From a virus (Duplodnaviria > Caudoviricetes), in IMG/VR virus record IMGVR_UViG_3300008113_000177, positions 1 through 56,192 of that record: DNA of 56,192 nt. The stretch is one strand, 5' to 3'. This document shows, piece after piece, positions 55,874-56,192 of this stretch; position 1 is the stretch's first letter; the number at the start of each line of letters is the position of its first letter. The position numbers and the translations under genes were made by a program. Below the pieces are notes generated by a model. It had not been told where the DNA came from and searched no databases. It saw nothing but the letters and a program-made list of their open reading frames with translations.

Positions 55874-55932
55874 CTATCTATCTATCTAACTATCTAAACT
55901 TTGCGTCTATCTATCTATCTATCTATCTATCT
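55874..55932. repeat. (TCTA)n tetranucleotide repeats
   Basis: About 6 perfect units at 55906-55932 plus imperfect units at 55874-55896. Confidence 0.85.
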
Positions 55933-56023
55933 GCGGAACTGGTATTGGAACTGGCATCGTGGAATCTGCCAGCCGTTGCCAGCTGGCAGGTATCGCACAC
56001 GTATGCTGCCGATTAGCCTGGAG

Positions 56024-56192
56024 TTAGCCTACCCTGCATTTGTCAAGCTTCAATACTGGCAGGGTATCGCCTGTAATATCAGACTCTGCAGCAAAACCGG
56101 TAAATCGTTTACCGTTTACCCGTACCGTAGCCGTTGCAAAATTACCGAATTGTTCGAAATAATCCACGCGCCTAACTTTGTTATAACCTTCA
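56024..56192 (-). CDS. Early hypothetical protein, 5'-truncated by window edge
   Basis: Open frame EGYNKVRRVDYFEQFGNFATATVRVNGKRFTGFAAESDITGDTLPVLKLDKCRVG*. Confidence 0.6.
   Translation of the reverse strand, partial: EGYNKVRRVDYFEQFGNFATATVRVNGKRFTGFAAESDITGDTLPVLKLDKCRVG

Noticed and set aside
1-56192. Stop-codon reassignment suggested by frequent TAG motifs
   Set aside because: Core genes are full length in the standard code, and TAG terminates many genes normally.

Overview
This window looks like a nearly complete ~56 kb tailed dsDNA phage genome, probably podovirus-like: it has a nozzle and three ejection-protein genes and no tape measure or sheath. No integrase or repressor was recognised. 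Layout: (1) a minus-strand early/replication arm that starts near 1.8 kb, runs off the left end and appears to continue from the right end down to 43.2 kb, with many small genes, VRR-NUC, ERF, Gam-like, XF1762/Mom-like, an O-like initiator, a loader and DnaB; (2) a mixed-orientation 2.4-11 kb block with SNase, DNA methyltransferase, HNH, SSB, ThyX, dUTPase, a LuxR-type HTH and small basic proteins; (3) a plus-strand morphogenesis/lysis arm at 11.1-43.2 kb with a tandemly duplicated receptor-binding module whose first copy is broken. The best candidate for a new system is a predicted ~75-nt small RNA (8212->~8138, minus strand). Its hairpin loop is exactly complementary over 13-15 nt to the AAGGUAGGUAGGU(AU) ribosome-binding/start motif repeated in front of many early genes 40-47 kb away. 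Genes in its own block appear leaderless (TAnnnT-N6-ATG) and would escape it, suggesting an RNA-based early-to-late translational switch. Other notable signals: three more sRNA/tRNA-like candidates at 2.8-3.3 kb, CRP-box-like early promoters with fixed spacing, an inverted second copy of the replication iterons at 5.25 kb, and two Tad2/DUF2829-like proteins. Family assignments come from motif recognition only; no searches were run.
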